Virus record (IMG/VR): IMGVR_UViG_3300042561_000572
Coordinates: 1-64,000 of that record
Reading direction: 5' to 3' (one strand)
Length of the DNA stretch: 64,000 nucleotides
Source of the DNA: a virus
Shown: positions 18,930 through 28,578 of the stretch, one piece after another
How the letters are laid out: every line of letters starts with the position of its first letter
How positions within the stretch are numbered: position 1 is the first letter of the stretch
Position numbers and translations under genes: made by a program
The notes under the pieces: model-generated
The model's input: only the letters and a program-made list of their open reading frames with translations
What the model was told of the DNA's origin: nothing
The model's database searches: none

Positions 18930-20222
18930 CTATAGATCTACATCAGCAAATTCATCATCTGCTTCTGCTTGTTTATTGGATGCATTAAGCCAATCCATAG
19001 GATTAGCAACAGCAACAGGTTGTACAATCAATTCTTCTTCAAATGCAAGAGCTTCATCTACCATTTCATCAGAAGAGACAACAGAATCTCCAAGAGCTTC
19101 GTTTACCAATTCATCAGATGAAGGAGTAATAGCAACAGAAGGAGAAGCTAATAATGCTTGAGCAGCATCACCAACCTTCTGAATCAGTTGCACTCTCAAA
19201 GAGCCCATAAGAAGTTCATGATTACTCATTGTGTAATGAGCATTGAGTCCACGCTTAGCAATGTAGCTGAGTGAAGCTTCATAGCCGTGGTCCCAATTAC
19301 CTGCTTCAACAGCAGCAATCAAACCCTTCTTGGCATCAAGATGAGCCTTTTTGCCAGTGCCAATCTTAGCAAGAGACATCTCTTGTTTGATTTCAATAGC
19401 TTCAAAGAAAGCATCAGGCAATGTTTTATTGCCATCGGCATTCAACTCATCTTCTGCCATTGCAGCAAGACCAGCAGCAAAGCCTCTTTCAAGTCTTGCA
19501 TTGCTGACCACATTTCTAGGTTTAGGATTGTAGACAGTCTTGCCTTCTTCAAAGACAACAGCAATGATTGCTGGCTCCAAGAAGACCTTGTAACCACCTC
19601 CACCTTCACCTTCATGGCGCTTGTCAAGTTCCACAGTGTCTCTCACATGAGTTTTATTCATGGAAAAGTAAACAGTGAGAAGACCCTTTTCAGTCTTCAT
19701 AGTGTCAACAAGATTGTCCAAAGAACCATCATCATTGAAGGTCAGCTTGGCGTAGTTAGCACCATAAGTAGTCTGAAAGAAAGCACGTTGAAACCTGCCA
19801 TTGAGCTTAGTCTCTTTCAAAACTGCTCCAGAAAGAGGAGGACAAGGCTTGTTTTGAGAAAGAAACAAAGCCTTGATAGCCTTATCATCTTCACTCTCTT
19901 CAAGCTGAAGAACTGACAGATTAAGTGCAAAATCGGTATCAGGAATGAATTTGTCTTGATCATCATAACTGCCAATTGTATTGTCAATCTCCCAAAACAG
20001 ACGCTGATTTTTGGCGTTGAGCTTCATCATGCCACAACCACCAAGACCAGTGATTGTTCTCATCCACCTGCCTTTAGCCTGTTCTTTAAGAACAGAGGAA
20101 GGGTTAGCATTGAGATCAAGTTTAAACACCCTTGCACCAGATGCAACTTCATCCTTGACCTTCTGAAGGTAGTCAGCAGTAGAAGCATCAGAAGAAGAGG
20201 CAGACTTAGTTAGAAAAGCCAT
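18930..20222 (-). CDS. Hypothetical protein with acidic C-terminal tail
   Basis: 430 aa, ends EADDEFADVDL; directly upstream of the RNAP-like gene. Confidence 0.8.
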   Translation of the reverse strand: MAFLTKSASSSDASTADYLQKVKDEVASGARVFKLDLNANPSSVLKEQAKGRWMRTITGLGGCGMMKLNAKNQRLFWEIDNTIGSYDDQDKFIPDTDFALNLSVLQLEESEDDKAIKALFLSQNKPCPPLSGAVLKETKLNGRFQRAFFQTTYGANYAKLTFNDDGSLDNLVDTMKTEKGLLTVYFSMNKTHVRDTVELDKRHEGEGGGGYKVFLEPAIIAVVFEEGKTVYNPKPRNVVSNARLERGFAAGLAAMAEDELNADGNKTLPDAFFEAIEIKQEMSLAKIGTGKKAHLDAKKGLIAAVEAGNWDHGYEASLSYIAKRGLNAHYTMSNHELLMGSLRVQLIQKVGDAAQALLASPSVAITPSSDELVNEALGDSVVSSDEMVDEALAFEEELIVQPVAVANPMDWLNASNKQAEADDEFADVDL

Positions 20223-20306
20223 GATATTAATTATCCTGTCAGATTATTATCTACACTGTATTGTATAGATAATAAAAAGGGCCCAAGATAAGGCCCTTAA
20301 TACTAG

Positions 20307-21185
20307 TTAGCTTAAAGCATCAGCAAGCGCTTCATCAAGATTGACAAAGCTTTGGTTCATAATACCATTAGCAGTACCGCTATCATTAATATGACACCAT
20401 TCAAAATTATAATAGCCACCATCAACATAAGCACTAACCCCATCTGTCAGAAAAGGAGAGTCATGAACAATAGATTGCCAATGAATCCTTTCAACATAGA
20501 CATCCCTATGTAAGCATCTAGTCAACATAGAGCTAGGGAATACAGTGGCAGTCCACCCATCAATCCTACCACTATTAAACAAACGGTGAATTAAACACTC
20601 AAAGTTGTTTAATGTCTCTTGAGTCACTTCATTAGTAACTCTATCCAACAACACAGACTTAGCAAGTCTAATTAAAGACTTAGAGAAAGGCTCAGGTCTA
20701 TTGTCATCTTCCATGAAATCATTGTGTGATTCATAGCCAAAGAAACAATTAGGAAAAGGAAGATCAGTGTACAAAAACTCCAAATCACCGTCATCATCTC
20801 CACCATTAGCATAGTTGTTAGTAGTAGTTTCAGGATTAGACCAACCACCTGTCAGATACAATTCAATCTCATTGGTCTCTTTGAAAATCCTCCATTGAAT
20901 GTAATGATCAGGGTGATAACCTAATGCCAATCTAGAATCATTCTCCCAATCAGAAGTGGGTTTACAACCAGCAAGCCAAGTAGCTTGTCTAGCCAAATGT
21001 GGTGGAAAGTTACACATATGAGAACAAAGAAGTGTACCCTCTTCACCAGTTACTGAATCTCTAACATCAATCAAGCTGTCAAAAACATCACTAGCTGAAG
21101 TGATGTTGATCATGTCATTATACTCTTGATCAGGAGTATTTACATTAGAAGCAAGGACAAAGCGGCGTGTAGTAACATAAGACAT
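20307..21185 (-). CDS. Acidic hypothetical protein
   Basis: 292-aa ORF. Confidence 0.8.
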   Translation of the reverse strand: MSYVTTRRFVLASNVNTPDQEYNDMINITSASDVFDSLIDVRDSVTGEEGTLLCSHMCNFPPHLARQATWLAGCKPTSDWENDSRLALGYHPDHYIQWRIFKETNEIELYLTGGWSNPETTTNNYANGGDDDGDLEFLYTDLPFPNCFFGYESHNDFMEDDNRPEPFSKSLIRLAKSVLLDRVTNEVTQETLNNFECLIHRLFNSGRIDGWTATVFPSSMLTRCLHRDVYVERIHWQSIVHDSPFLTDGVSAYVDGGYYNFEWCHINDSGTANGIMNQSFVNLDEALADALS

Positions 21186-21306
21186 AGTAATTACCTAGCA
21201 CTTGTAATGAGTTTGTAATGTGCTAAATAAAAGGGCCTTATAATGGGCCCTTAATACTATAAGTTAACTAATGTAATCTCAGGGAGCAAAACAATAGTTA
21301 ACATTG

Positions 21307-21945
21307 TTAATGTTGTCTAGGATAGTTTAAAATCCACTCTTTAAAGTCACTCCAATCCTCTTTATCTTTAACAAGACATCTATCAATGATGTCATTATCA
21401 TCATACTGCTCAAGCATAGAATAGCCCAAGTCAACAAGCCTAATAACACATCTTCCATTTACCTCTGTCAACATAATGTTGTTGTATAACCCGTCAACAT
21501 TATTACCTTCAACCTTTAACACACATGGTTGTCTTTTAATGTCTCCATGAGTCCAGCCAGACTCCCACAATTGCTGTAATTGTTCTTCAGCAACTTCAAT
21601 AGCTACTGTAATCTCCTCAACTGTAAAAGCAGTTGGCAAACATGGAAATAATCTTTCCATCATAATCAAATCACCAATGTCTTGCACAGGAATATGCTCC
21701 TTTATCTTAACAACCAAGTCATTAAAACTATTGGCCCATTGTAATGACAACACTTCTGCTAGCACATCACCATCTTTAAATGTACTCCAAACAGCACCAC
21801 CACAAGTCTCAATAGACTTAACAACTGTAACATCATTCAAAGCATACACACTGCCTTGAAAACCACTAGCTAATAGTTTAGCTTCAGGTAAAAATTCCAA
21901 TACAACTTGTTGGATATTAGACATATTACAAATAACTAACTGCAT
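21307..21945 (-). CDS. Protein kinase (Ser/Thr kinase-like fold)
   Basis: LASGFQGSVY Gly loop, VVK, HGDIK catalytic loop, NIM, LVDLG. Confidence 0.9.
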   Translation of the reverse strand: MQLVICNMSNIQQVVLEFLPEAKLLASGFQGSVYALNDVTVVKSIETCGGAVWSTFKDGDVLAEVLSLQWANSFNDLVVKIKEHIPVQDIGDLIMMERLFPCLPTAFTVEEITVAIEVAEEQLQQLWESGWTHGDIKRQPCVLKVEGNNVDGLYNNIMLTEVNGRCVIRLVDLGYSMLEQYDDNDIIDRCLVKDKEDWSDFKEWILNYPRQH

Positions 21946-21989
21946 TTATATATTGTGAGTTTATGCAGTTTATACTCCTAAATAAAAGG

Positions 21990-22560
21990 GCTGAAGGCAG
22001 CCACATTTATCTAGTTATGATCATTTATTTATACTGGTTGTAACTCTCCAGATATCTTATTTAGTTGTATATTTAATTGTGTATTTAATTTGTATGTAGT
22101 AAACAACATCTTTTAAAATCAACTAAGAGAATGACCAGTCTTTCAGGCCACATGGTTATTGTTATTGATGGTATGAGGACCAACAACTACAGATTCAATA
22201 ACATTTAAGGAAAACGCTAAGTAACCCCTTTACTATTTCTCTTCTTAAGGATGAAGGAAAGCCACATTATTGCCTTTCTACTACTTGCGTTGGGACTATC
22301 AAGACTTTTAGATGCATTGCACTAGACTGTCACTCTATACATTCTAAAAGGTTCTCAAAGAGAAGCCTAAAAGGGCTTGTTAGGTAATAACAAGATAGTA
22401 GTTACAATAAGAGGTGACTCTCATTGGTGTAGTATTAGGGATTCTTTGTACTCATGCATAGTCCTACAGTCATCTAGCAATAACAAGGCGGTTAATCTTA
22501 TTACAGTACTATCTAGATAACATCTATACATGGGTCCTGCCAATTATCACTTGCAGTTTA
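21990..22560 (-). ncRNA. Candidate large (~570 nt) structured ncRNA
   Basis: ORF-free, bounded by conserved hairpin elements, many stems and a 5'/3' long-range pairing. Confidence 0.6.
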
Positions 22561-22605
22561 TATATTGTTAATTAAAAGGGCCATAGAATAGGCCCAATTA
22601 ACTAA

Positions 22606-22968
22606 TTAGTTATCATCATACCAATCAATGCCTTCACCATCATCTTGTTCTAAGAAAGAAAGATGTTGTTCAACCTTCTTGTCATAGAAAACTTGTGGAA
22701 TTGGAAAGCCCAACAGTTTATTCAACTTAGCTCCAATCTTCCAAGCTAGAGATTCGTCAGACCAATCCTTACCTTGTCTAAAGGCAAACATATGACCTAC
22801 TTCATGCAAAGTAGAACAAAACATGTCCATCCTACTTGTTGCAATGGTAGAGATGTAAATATAATCCTTACCAAGCAGTTGCATATAATGACTGTCTTCT
22901 GGCCCATAAACCAAAGTAAAGTTATAGCCAGAAGCAAGAGATTCATCCATTGTATTGAAATAAGACAT
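22606..22968 (-). CDS. HExxH zinc metallopeptidase-like protein (ImmA/IrrE-like)
   Basis: STLHEVGH...DESLAW. Confidence 0.7.
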   Translation of the reverse strand: MSYFNTMDESLASGYNFTLVYGPEDSHYMQLLGKDYIYISTIATSRMDMFCSTLHEVGHMFAFRQGKDWSDESLAWKIGAKLNKLLGFPIPQVFYDKKVEQHLSFLEQDDGEGIDWYDDN

Positions 22969-23173
22969 TGTATTTACCTAGCACTTTTGAGTTTTGATTT
23001 AAGTTTGTGCTAAATAAAAGGGCCTCTTACTTAGGCTGTTGGTTATAGTATAAATATAGGGATAGGGAGCAAAGAGACTCAAACATAGAGTTAGTTCCAC
23101 ACCAACTGAATGCCATATGTTTAGAGTATCTCCAATCCAAATAAAAGGGCCAATTAAGACCCTTTTATTTTAG

Positions 23174-23590
23174 TTATAGACCACGTTCAGCCATTTGCTG
23201 AACAAGGAAATTAGATAAGAAATCCAATTGATCTTTCACAATTAGATTGTCTTCTTGAACCTTTTTAGCAGCATCAAAGCTGTTAAGTAGATTCTGAGCA
23301 GAAGCAAAGTTAGTCTTCACTTGCTCAATGACAAAAGACTCTGCATCAGCCTTAGCTTTAGCAGAAGTAACAGCCTTTTCAAGTTCTACAAGTCTATCAG
23401 TTGAAGCAACATGAACTGCTTTGAATTGATCAGCAAGAGCCAAAGCATCAGCCAATTTCTTAGCCTCTGCCTCCTTAGCTTCTTGTTCTGCTTGAGCAGC
23501 CAATGTATCAGCTTCAGCCTTTGCTTTAACAGCATTAGCGTTAGCAATGAGCTGGTCAAGAAGAGCAGCAGGTGTTAATGTAGTAGACAT
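23174..23590 (-). CDS. Ala-rich coiled-coil protein, paralog 1
   Basis: Closely similar to 24077-24490; probable start MSTTLTP. Confidence 0.8.
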   Translation of the reverse strand: MSTTLTPAALLDQLIANANAVKAKAEADTLAAQAEQEAKEAEAKKLADALALADQFKAVHVASTDRLVELEKAVTSAKAKADAESFVIEQVKTNFASAQNLLNSFDAAKKVQEDNLIVKDQLDFLSNFLVQQMAERGL

Positions 23591-23671
23591 GAGTTTCATT
23601 TATAGTGAGAGGGTAAAGTAAATTCTCACTTAAATAAAAGGGTCATAGAATAGACCCTTTTATTTATTTAG

Positions 23672-24001
23672 TTATAGAAGACCCAACTTACGTTGTTCAG
23701 CTTCCATTGCAATAATCATCTGATCAATTGCAGCATTACCAGCAACTAGATCAGGCATTGTTGCCTTAGCAGCAACAAGCTTTTTATTGCTCTCAGTAAC
23801 AGCCAAGAAAGCAGCAGTTGCTTTCTCTTGTTCTGCCCTGATTTGCATGTTGTAAGCTTCATACTCAGCCTGCTTCTTAGCCATAACTTCCATTTTATCA
23901 GCCTTAGCCTTTGAAGCCTGCATTTCTGCAAGTTGCTCAGGTGTGGGTTGATAGCTAGGAGCTACAGTCTTAGAAGGAAACAACCAAGAAAAGATAGACA
24001 T
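23672..24001 (-). CDS. Ala-rich coiled-coil protein, distant paralog
   Basis: TPEQLAEM..AKA and C-terminal RKLGLL resemble its neighbours. Confidence 0.75.
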   Translation of the reverse strand: MSIFSWLFPSKTVAPSYQPTPEQLAEMQASKAKADKMEVMAKKQAEYEAYNMQIRAEQEKATAAFLAVTESNKKLVAAKATMPDLVAGNAAIDQMIIAMEAEQRKLGLL

Positions 24002-24076
24002 GAGTTTCATTTAACCTGGTGAATAAGAGATCCAGATAAATAAAAGGGCCAAATTAATGACCCTTTTATTTATTAG

Positions 24077-24490
24077 TTATAGACCTCTAGACTTCATCTG
24101 ATCTACCAAGAAATTAGACAAGAAGTCCAATTGATCTTTAGTAGCAAGATTAGCTTCTTGCACTGCTTTTGCTTCATCAAATGAATTGAGAAGCTGTTGA
24201 GCAGAAGCAAAGTTAGACTTCACTTGTTCAACTACAAACACTTCAGCATCAGCTTTAACCTTTGCTTCAGTAGCAGCTTTTTCAAGCTCTACAAGTCTAT
24301 CAACTGATGCCTTGTGTAGAGGCTCAAACTGATCAGCCAAAAGCAATGCATCAGACAGTTTCTTGTCTTCAGCAGCTTTAGCCTCAGCCTTAGCTTTCAG
24401 GTCAGCAGCCTCTTGTTCTGCTTTTGCTTTAGCAGCATTAGCATTAGAGATCAACTGGGCCAAAAGTTCAGAAGGTGTTAGTACAGACAT
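24077..24490 (-). CDS. Ala-rich coiled-coil protein, paralog 2
   Basis: GGAG RBS, start MSVLTP; shares DRLVELEKA and KDQLDFLSNFLV with 23174-23590. Confidence 0.8.
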   Translation of the reverse strand: MSVLTPSELLAQLISNANAAKAKAEQEAADLKAKAEAKAAEDKKLSDALLLADQFEPLHKASVDRLVELEKAATEAKVKADAEVFVVEQVKSNFASAQQLLNSFDEAKAVQEANLATKDQLDFLSNFLVDQMKSRGL

Positions 24491-24558
24491 TTCATTCTCC
24501 AGGGTGTAAAGTATTTCCCTAAGTAAAAGGGTCAATTAAGACCACAATTACTTACTAT

Positions 24559-24879
24559 CTATTTAGATAGAAGATCAATCCACTTGTCTGCATTAGGTAC
24601 TTGACCCTTTGCATAACAATGTAAAACTGCATTAATACAGTTTATACAATTAATAGGATAATCTGGATCTCTGATAGACCAGTTCCTATTAATGTGGATG
24701 ATCAATTCTTCACACCAAGTGACATACATTGCTGCTTTAAGCTCAACATTTTCATGTTGAGGAAGCAGATTTGCAAATCCCTGGAATTTAGAATGACATT
24801 GAAGCTTATCTGAAACTGCCCTTAGAATGAGTCTAGAGGAGTAGATAAAGTTCTTTGTTTTCTTAGTTGAATTGAACAT
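24559..24879 (-). CDS. Hypothetical protein
   Basis: 106-aa ORF. Confidence 0.7.
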   Translation of the reverse strand: MFNSTKKTKNFIYSSRLILRAVSDKLQCHSKFQGFANLLPQHENVELKAAMYVTWCEELIIHINRNWSIRDPDYPINCINCINAVLHCYAKGQVPNADKWIDLLSK

Positions 24880-24956
24880 GTTTTTCTTTATTTATCTACG
24901 GTCATAGGTTATACACATAGATAAATAAAAGGGCCATAGAATAGACCCTTTTAATT

Positions 24957-25403
24957 TTATCCTGTATAAAACTCACCAAACTCTTTAGTCAAGAGTTTAT
25001 GAGAGATCTGAAGCAAAGGCTCCCAGGACAATGATTTGTCCCAAAGAACCATTTGCATATGATCTTTAAGCATGGGAATTCCATGCTGACCATATTGATG
25101 CCAATCTCTATGATCAGCATTAAAACGGCCCCAAACATTCTTGTAAATGCAAATATCATCCACAAGAACCTCCCCAATAGGAGGTAAAATGCAGGCAAAT
25201 TTGCCTTGTAAGACTTTTGCGATATTAATAGCATTAGCCTTACTGCCACAATAAATTGTGACATCTTTGCCTTCTTGACCACTCTTGCCAACTTTGTAGT
25301 TGACATTAAGAGTTGCCAAAAACTGGCCAATCCTCTTACCTTCTTGAGTATGAAGATGAAGTTTCCAGCCACAATTGACAGAATGTTGTTTGAATTCTTT
25401 CAT
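24957..25403 (-). CDS. Stand-alone phospho-Ser/Thr lyase-like protein (LanKC/LanL N-terminal, OspF family)
   Basis: GWKLHL...YK...GKDVTIY...DD....VWGRF parallels GWKIHVS..FK..GKFITIYP..SD..YxRYG. Confidence 0.7.
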   Translation of the reverse strand: MKEFKQHSVNCGWKLHLHTQEGKRIGQFLATLNVNYKVGKSGQEGKDVTIYCGSKANAINIAKVLQGKFACILPPIGEVLVDDICIYKNVWGRFNADHRDWHQYGQHGIPMLKDHMQMVLWDKSLSWEPLLQISHKLLTKEFGEFYTG

Positions 25404-25735
25404 TTAGTTTAGCTCCTTGCTAATAATCAAATAAAAGGGCCTATTACAGCCCTTCTATTAGTACTACTTCATCATATAGCCCTTGCTATTGATGTGGTTA
25501 GCACACTCTCTTGGACTAGGAGCCCAAGAGAGTTTCCTTTGACTATGGATACACCTTGTATCTACATAGCTAATAAAAAGGGCTAAACGCTTAACTTTTT
25601 AATAATCACATGTTAATTCTAACTAACATTGAAAATTTTCTGCACATAGGGTAAGGGGGGGGCATGTACTACTACTATAAGCCCAAAAATCCTCCACATG
25701 TACCTCTAAAATAAAGATTTTTCATATAAATCTTA

Positions 25736-26068
<333 letters not shown>

Positions 26069-26213
26069 TATATACATATAACAAGTTATTAACACATTAC
26101 AAATAATATAAAAAGAGCTAAATAAGTATAATAAAATATATAAACTAACATGTTATAATTAAAACAATACATACAATTAATTTATACAACCATCCATCCA
26201 TTATTTATAAACT

Positions 26214-27371
26214 GTGAAGATTAACTCAACACTCTATTTACAAAAGCCCAACTTAGCTACTCTCTACTATGTTATAAGACATTATGACAAGAAGGGGGCT
26301 GGTTGGGTTTGTGTAAGTATAAGTAAACTAGTTAAGATGAGCAAACTGTCTTTAAGTACTATTTATAAGTTATTAAAAGAACTATTATCTAGCAATTGGA
26401 TATATAACTATGAGTTAAAAGGTAATAGTAAAAACAGTAAAGGACAAGTATATATTAAATATGTAAGTGATATAAAAATACTAACTAACACATATAACAT
26501 AAAGGTTAAACCCCTCTACGTTGTAGCACCATACAAGTTGTTATATAACAAAGCAGCTATTAAGGGGCGTTGTTATTTGGGCCAAATGAATTTTAATCAG
26601 GCTGTAGTAGAAAACAAGTTAGATTATTCTATTGGTAAGAGAAAGATAAAGGGTGAACTACTTCCTTTATCTACTGTTAAAGCAGAAAACAAAAGACTTA
26701 GATATCCCACTAATAAGGCTAAAGTTGGCCCTCTAGATAGTACGAGTATCAACGACTTAAAATCAGCAATAACAGGTAAATGTTATGACAGCAATACTAG
26801 TAATTATGGCTCTGTTCAAGAACATATAAGCTATGCAATTAAAGGGCAGCATGGTGTGAAAGTTCTAAACAAAAGCAGTTACAAAGTAGCAGCTATAACA
26901 TCACAAACCTTAGCTAATAAGCTTAATGTTAACAGAAGAACAGTTGATAAGTATTTGAAACAATACTCTAATAATAGAGTTAAGTTATATAGAAGATGTT
27001 CTCTTATTGAAGCAACAACAGAAGCACCTTATGTTATTTGGGACATAGATGAAGACAGAGGTATATGTGATGCATATAGACCTTTACCATTCCTTTATAC
27101 AAAGAATGTTTTACACTCACATCAAAGAGCTTTAATTAAAAAGCCTCTTATCTCATATTTAAACAATGAGCAATTAGAAGTGGCTAAACTTTGTGCTATT
27201 ACAAAAGGTTTTAGTAATGATAATGAAGGTGCTGAAGCTTATTTAAAGAAGACAGGTTTAGTTAGATTTAAGAAAAATACTAACTCTCTATCTGACAAGC
27301 CAAAGATTTACAATAGTTATTACTTGTACAAGGGCCAACTAACAACTGAACCTGCTACTGTATACTTATAA
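26214..27371 (+). CDS. Basic DNA-binding protein with two HTH motifs (replication-initiator-like)
   Basis: SISKLVKMSKLSLSTIYKLLKEL and SQTLANKLNVNRRTVDKYLK; GTG start. Confidence 0.6.
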   Translation: MKINSTLYLQKPNLATLYYVIRHYDKKGAGWVCVSISKLVKMSKLSLSTIYKLLKELLSSNWIYNYELKGNSKNSKGQVYIKYVSDIKILTNTYNIKVKPLYVVAPYKLLYNKAAIKGRCYLGQMNFNQAVVENKLDYSIGKRKIKGELLPLSTVKAENKRLRYPTNKAKVGPLDSTSINDLKSAITGKCYDSNTSNYGSVQEHISYAIKGQHGVKVLNKSSYKVAAITSQTLANKLNVNRRTVDKYLKQYSNNRVKLYRRCSLIEATTEAPYVIWDIDEDRGICDAYRPLPFLYTKNVLHSHQRALIKKPLISYLNNEQLEVAKLCAITKGFSNDNEGAEAYLKKTGLVRFKKNTNSLSDKPKIYNSYYLYKGQLTTEPATVYL

Positions 27372-27606
27372 TAATAGACTCTATAATATAAAGGATTGCC
27401 CTTTATATGGCACACAAATAAGAAAGTAACAAAAGTTTAAAATAATAATTAAATAATAATTAAATAATAATTAAAACAAACTTATAGTAATTAAGGAAAA
27501 GAGATAACCTCCTACTAATTACTATAAGTTTGTTGTTTTTATATAATTATAAAAATAACTAATAAAATAACTAATAAAATAACTAATAACATAATTAATA
27601 ATAAAA

Positions 27607-28029
27607 ATGGCAAAGATAACCCAACAAGAAGCAGAGATGACAGAAGACTTACAAAGTCTAGATAAGTTAATAGATTATAGTAAAGATCACATATTAAGAC
27701 AGGATATAGAATTAGATTTAGAAAGTAATGAGAAGGAGAAGACAGAACAAGTATTTAATGATATAAATAGATATACAAAGTTTTACATACCCAACTCATA
27801 TAGTGGCAACAACAAACTATATAACTTATATGTAAAGAAGTTTATAACAAAAAGAGCCAAACAAATATTCAACTCAACAAAGGTAATAATATATGCTCAA
27901 ATTCCTCAAAAACTGCAAGGAACTGTTTATACTTTTAACCCAGGTAAGTATAAAAAGGCACTCAAACGTCTTTTTGATAGACCTGCCAAACATCATTTTA
28001 ACTATAAATCCAAAGATTTTACTTATTAG
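27607..28029 (+). CDS. Hypothetical protein
   Basis: 140-aa ORF. Confidence 0.7.
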   Translation: MAKITQQEAEMTEDLQSLDKLIDYSKDHILRQDIELDLESNEKEKTEQVFNDINRYTKFYIPNSYSGNNKLYNLYVKKFITKRAKQIFNSTKVIIYAQIPQKLQGTVYTFNPGKYKKALKRLFDRPAKHHFNYKSKDFTY

Positions 28030-28228
28030 TAGCCCCTTAGAACAAGCTCAACAGATAAGTGAATTAGAGTTATTATATGGGGATAAATGGTCCAATATAT
28101 ACAAAGAATTAATAACTAAACAAAGGTTAGAAAGCACTTTAAAACAAAGTAAAAATACAAATACAAATACAAAACCAACTAACAATAAATGTTGTTGTAA
28201 TAAGGGAATAACAGATGTTTGCAGCTAG
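27893..28228 (+). CDS. Hypothetical protein (start uncertain)
   Basis: Fills the gap before PAAR; overlaps the upstream ORF. Confidence 0.45.
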   Translation: MLKFLKNCKELFILLTQVSIKRHSNVFLIDLPNIILTINPKILLISSPLEQAQQISELELLYGDKWSNIYKELITKQRLESTLKQSKNTNTNTKPTNNKCCCNKGITDVCS

Positions 28229-28511
28229 AGTATTAGATACATGTTGTGGTTTAATAGGTCCTTCTTGTGGTAGTTGTGGAGGACCTAATTCATATGGATG
28301 TGGAGCTTCTATATGCACAGGATCATCTACATTTATAATAGAAGGATTACCAGTTGCAAGGTTATTAGATTTAACATATGTTGGACCAATAACAAACACT
28401 AAAAATACAATAATTTTAGCTGAAGGATTACCAATATCAACATTACTTGATACAACATCTTGTGGTTTTATAAACAATGTTAGTAATACAACTTTTTTAA
28501 TAATAAGTTAA
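28215..28511 (+). CDS. PAAR-like tail spike tip protein
   Basis: FAARVLD, TGSSTFIIEGLPVARLLD, EGLPISTLLDTTSCG; Cys-rich. Confidence 0.85.
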   Translation: MFAARVLDTCCGLIGPSCGSCGGPNSYGCGASICTGSSTFIIEGLPVARLLDLTYVGPITNTKNTIILAEGLPISTLLDTTSCGFINNVSNTTFLIIS

Positions 28512-28578
28512 TAAATAAGTTAATAAATAAGTTAATAAATAAGTAAATAAATAAGTTAATAAATAAATTAATAAATAA

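Noticed and set aside
14215-20213. Antisense and alternate-frame ORFs within large genes (e.g. 19287-19916 +)
   Set aside because: Shadow ORFs of strongly biased coding sequence; no motifs or RBS
14165-25584. Intergenic repeats as CRISPR repeats or integron attC sites
   Set aside because: Separated by whole genes, no GTTRRRY cores and no integrase seen
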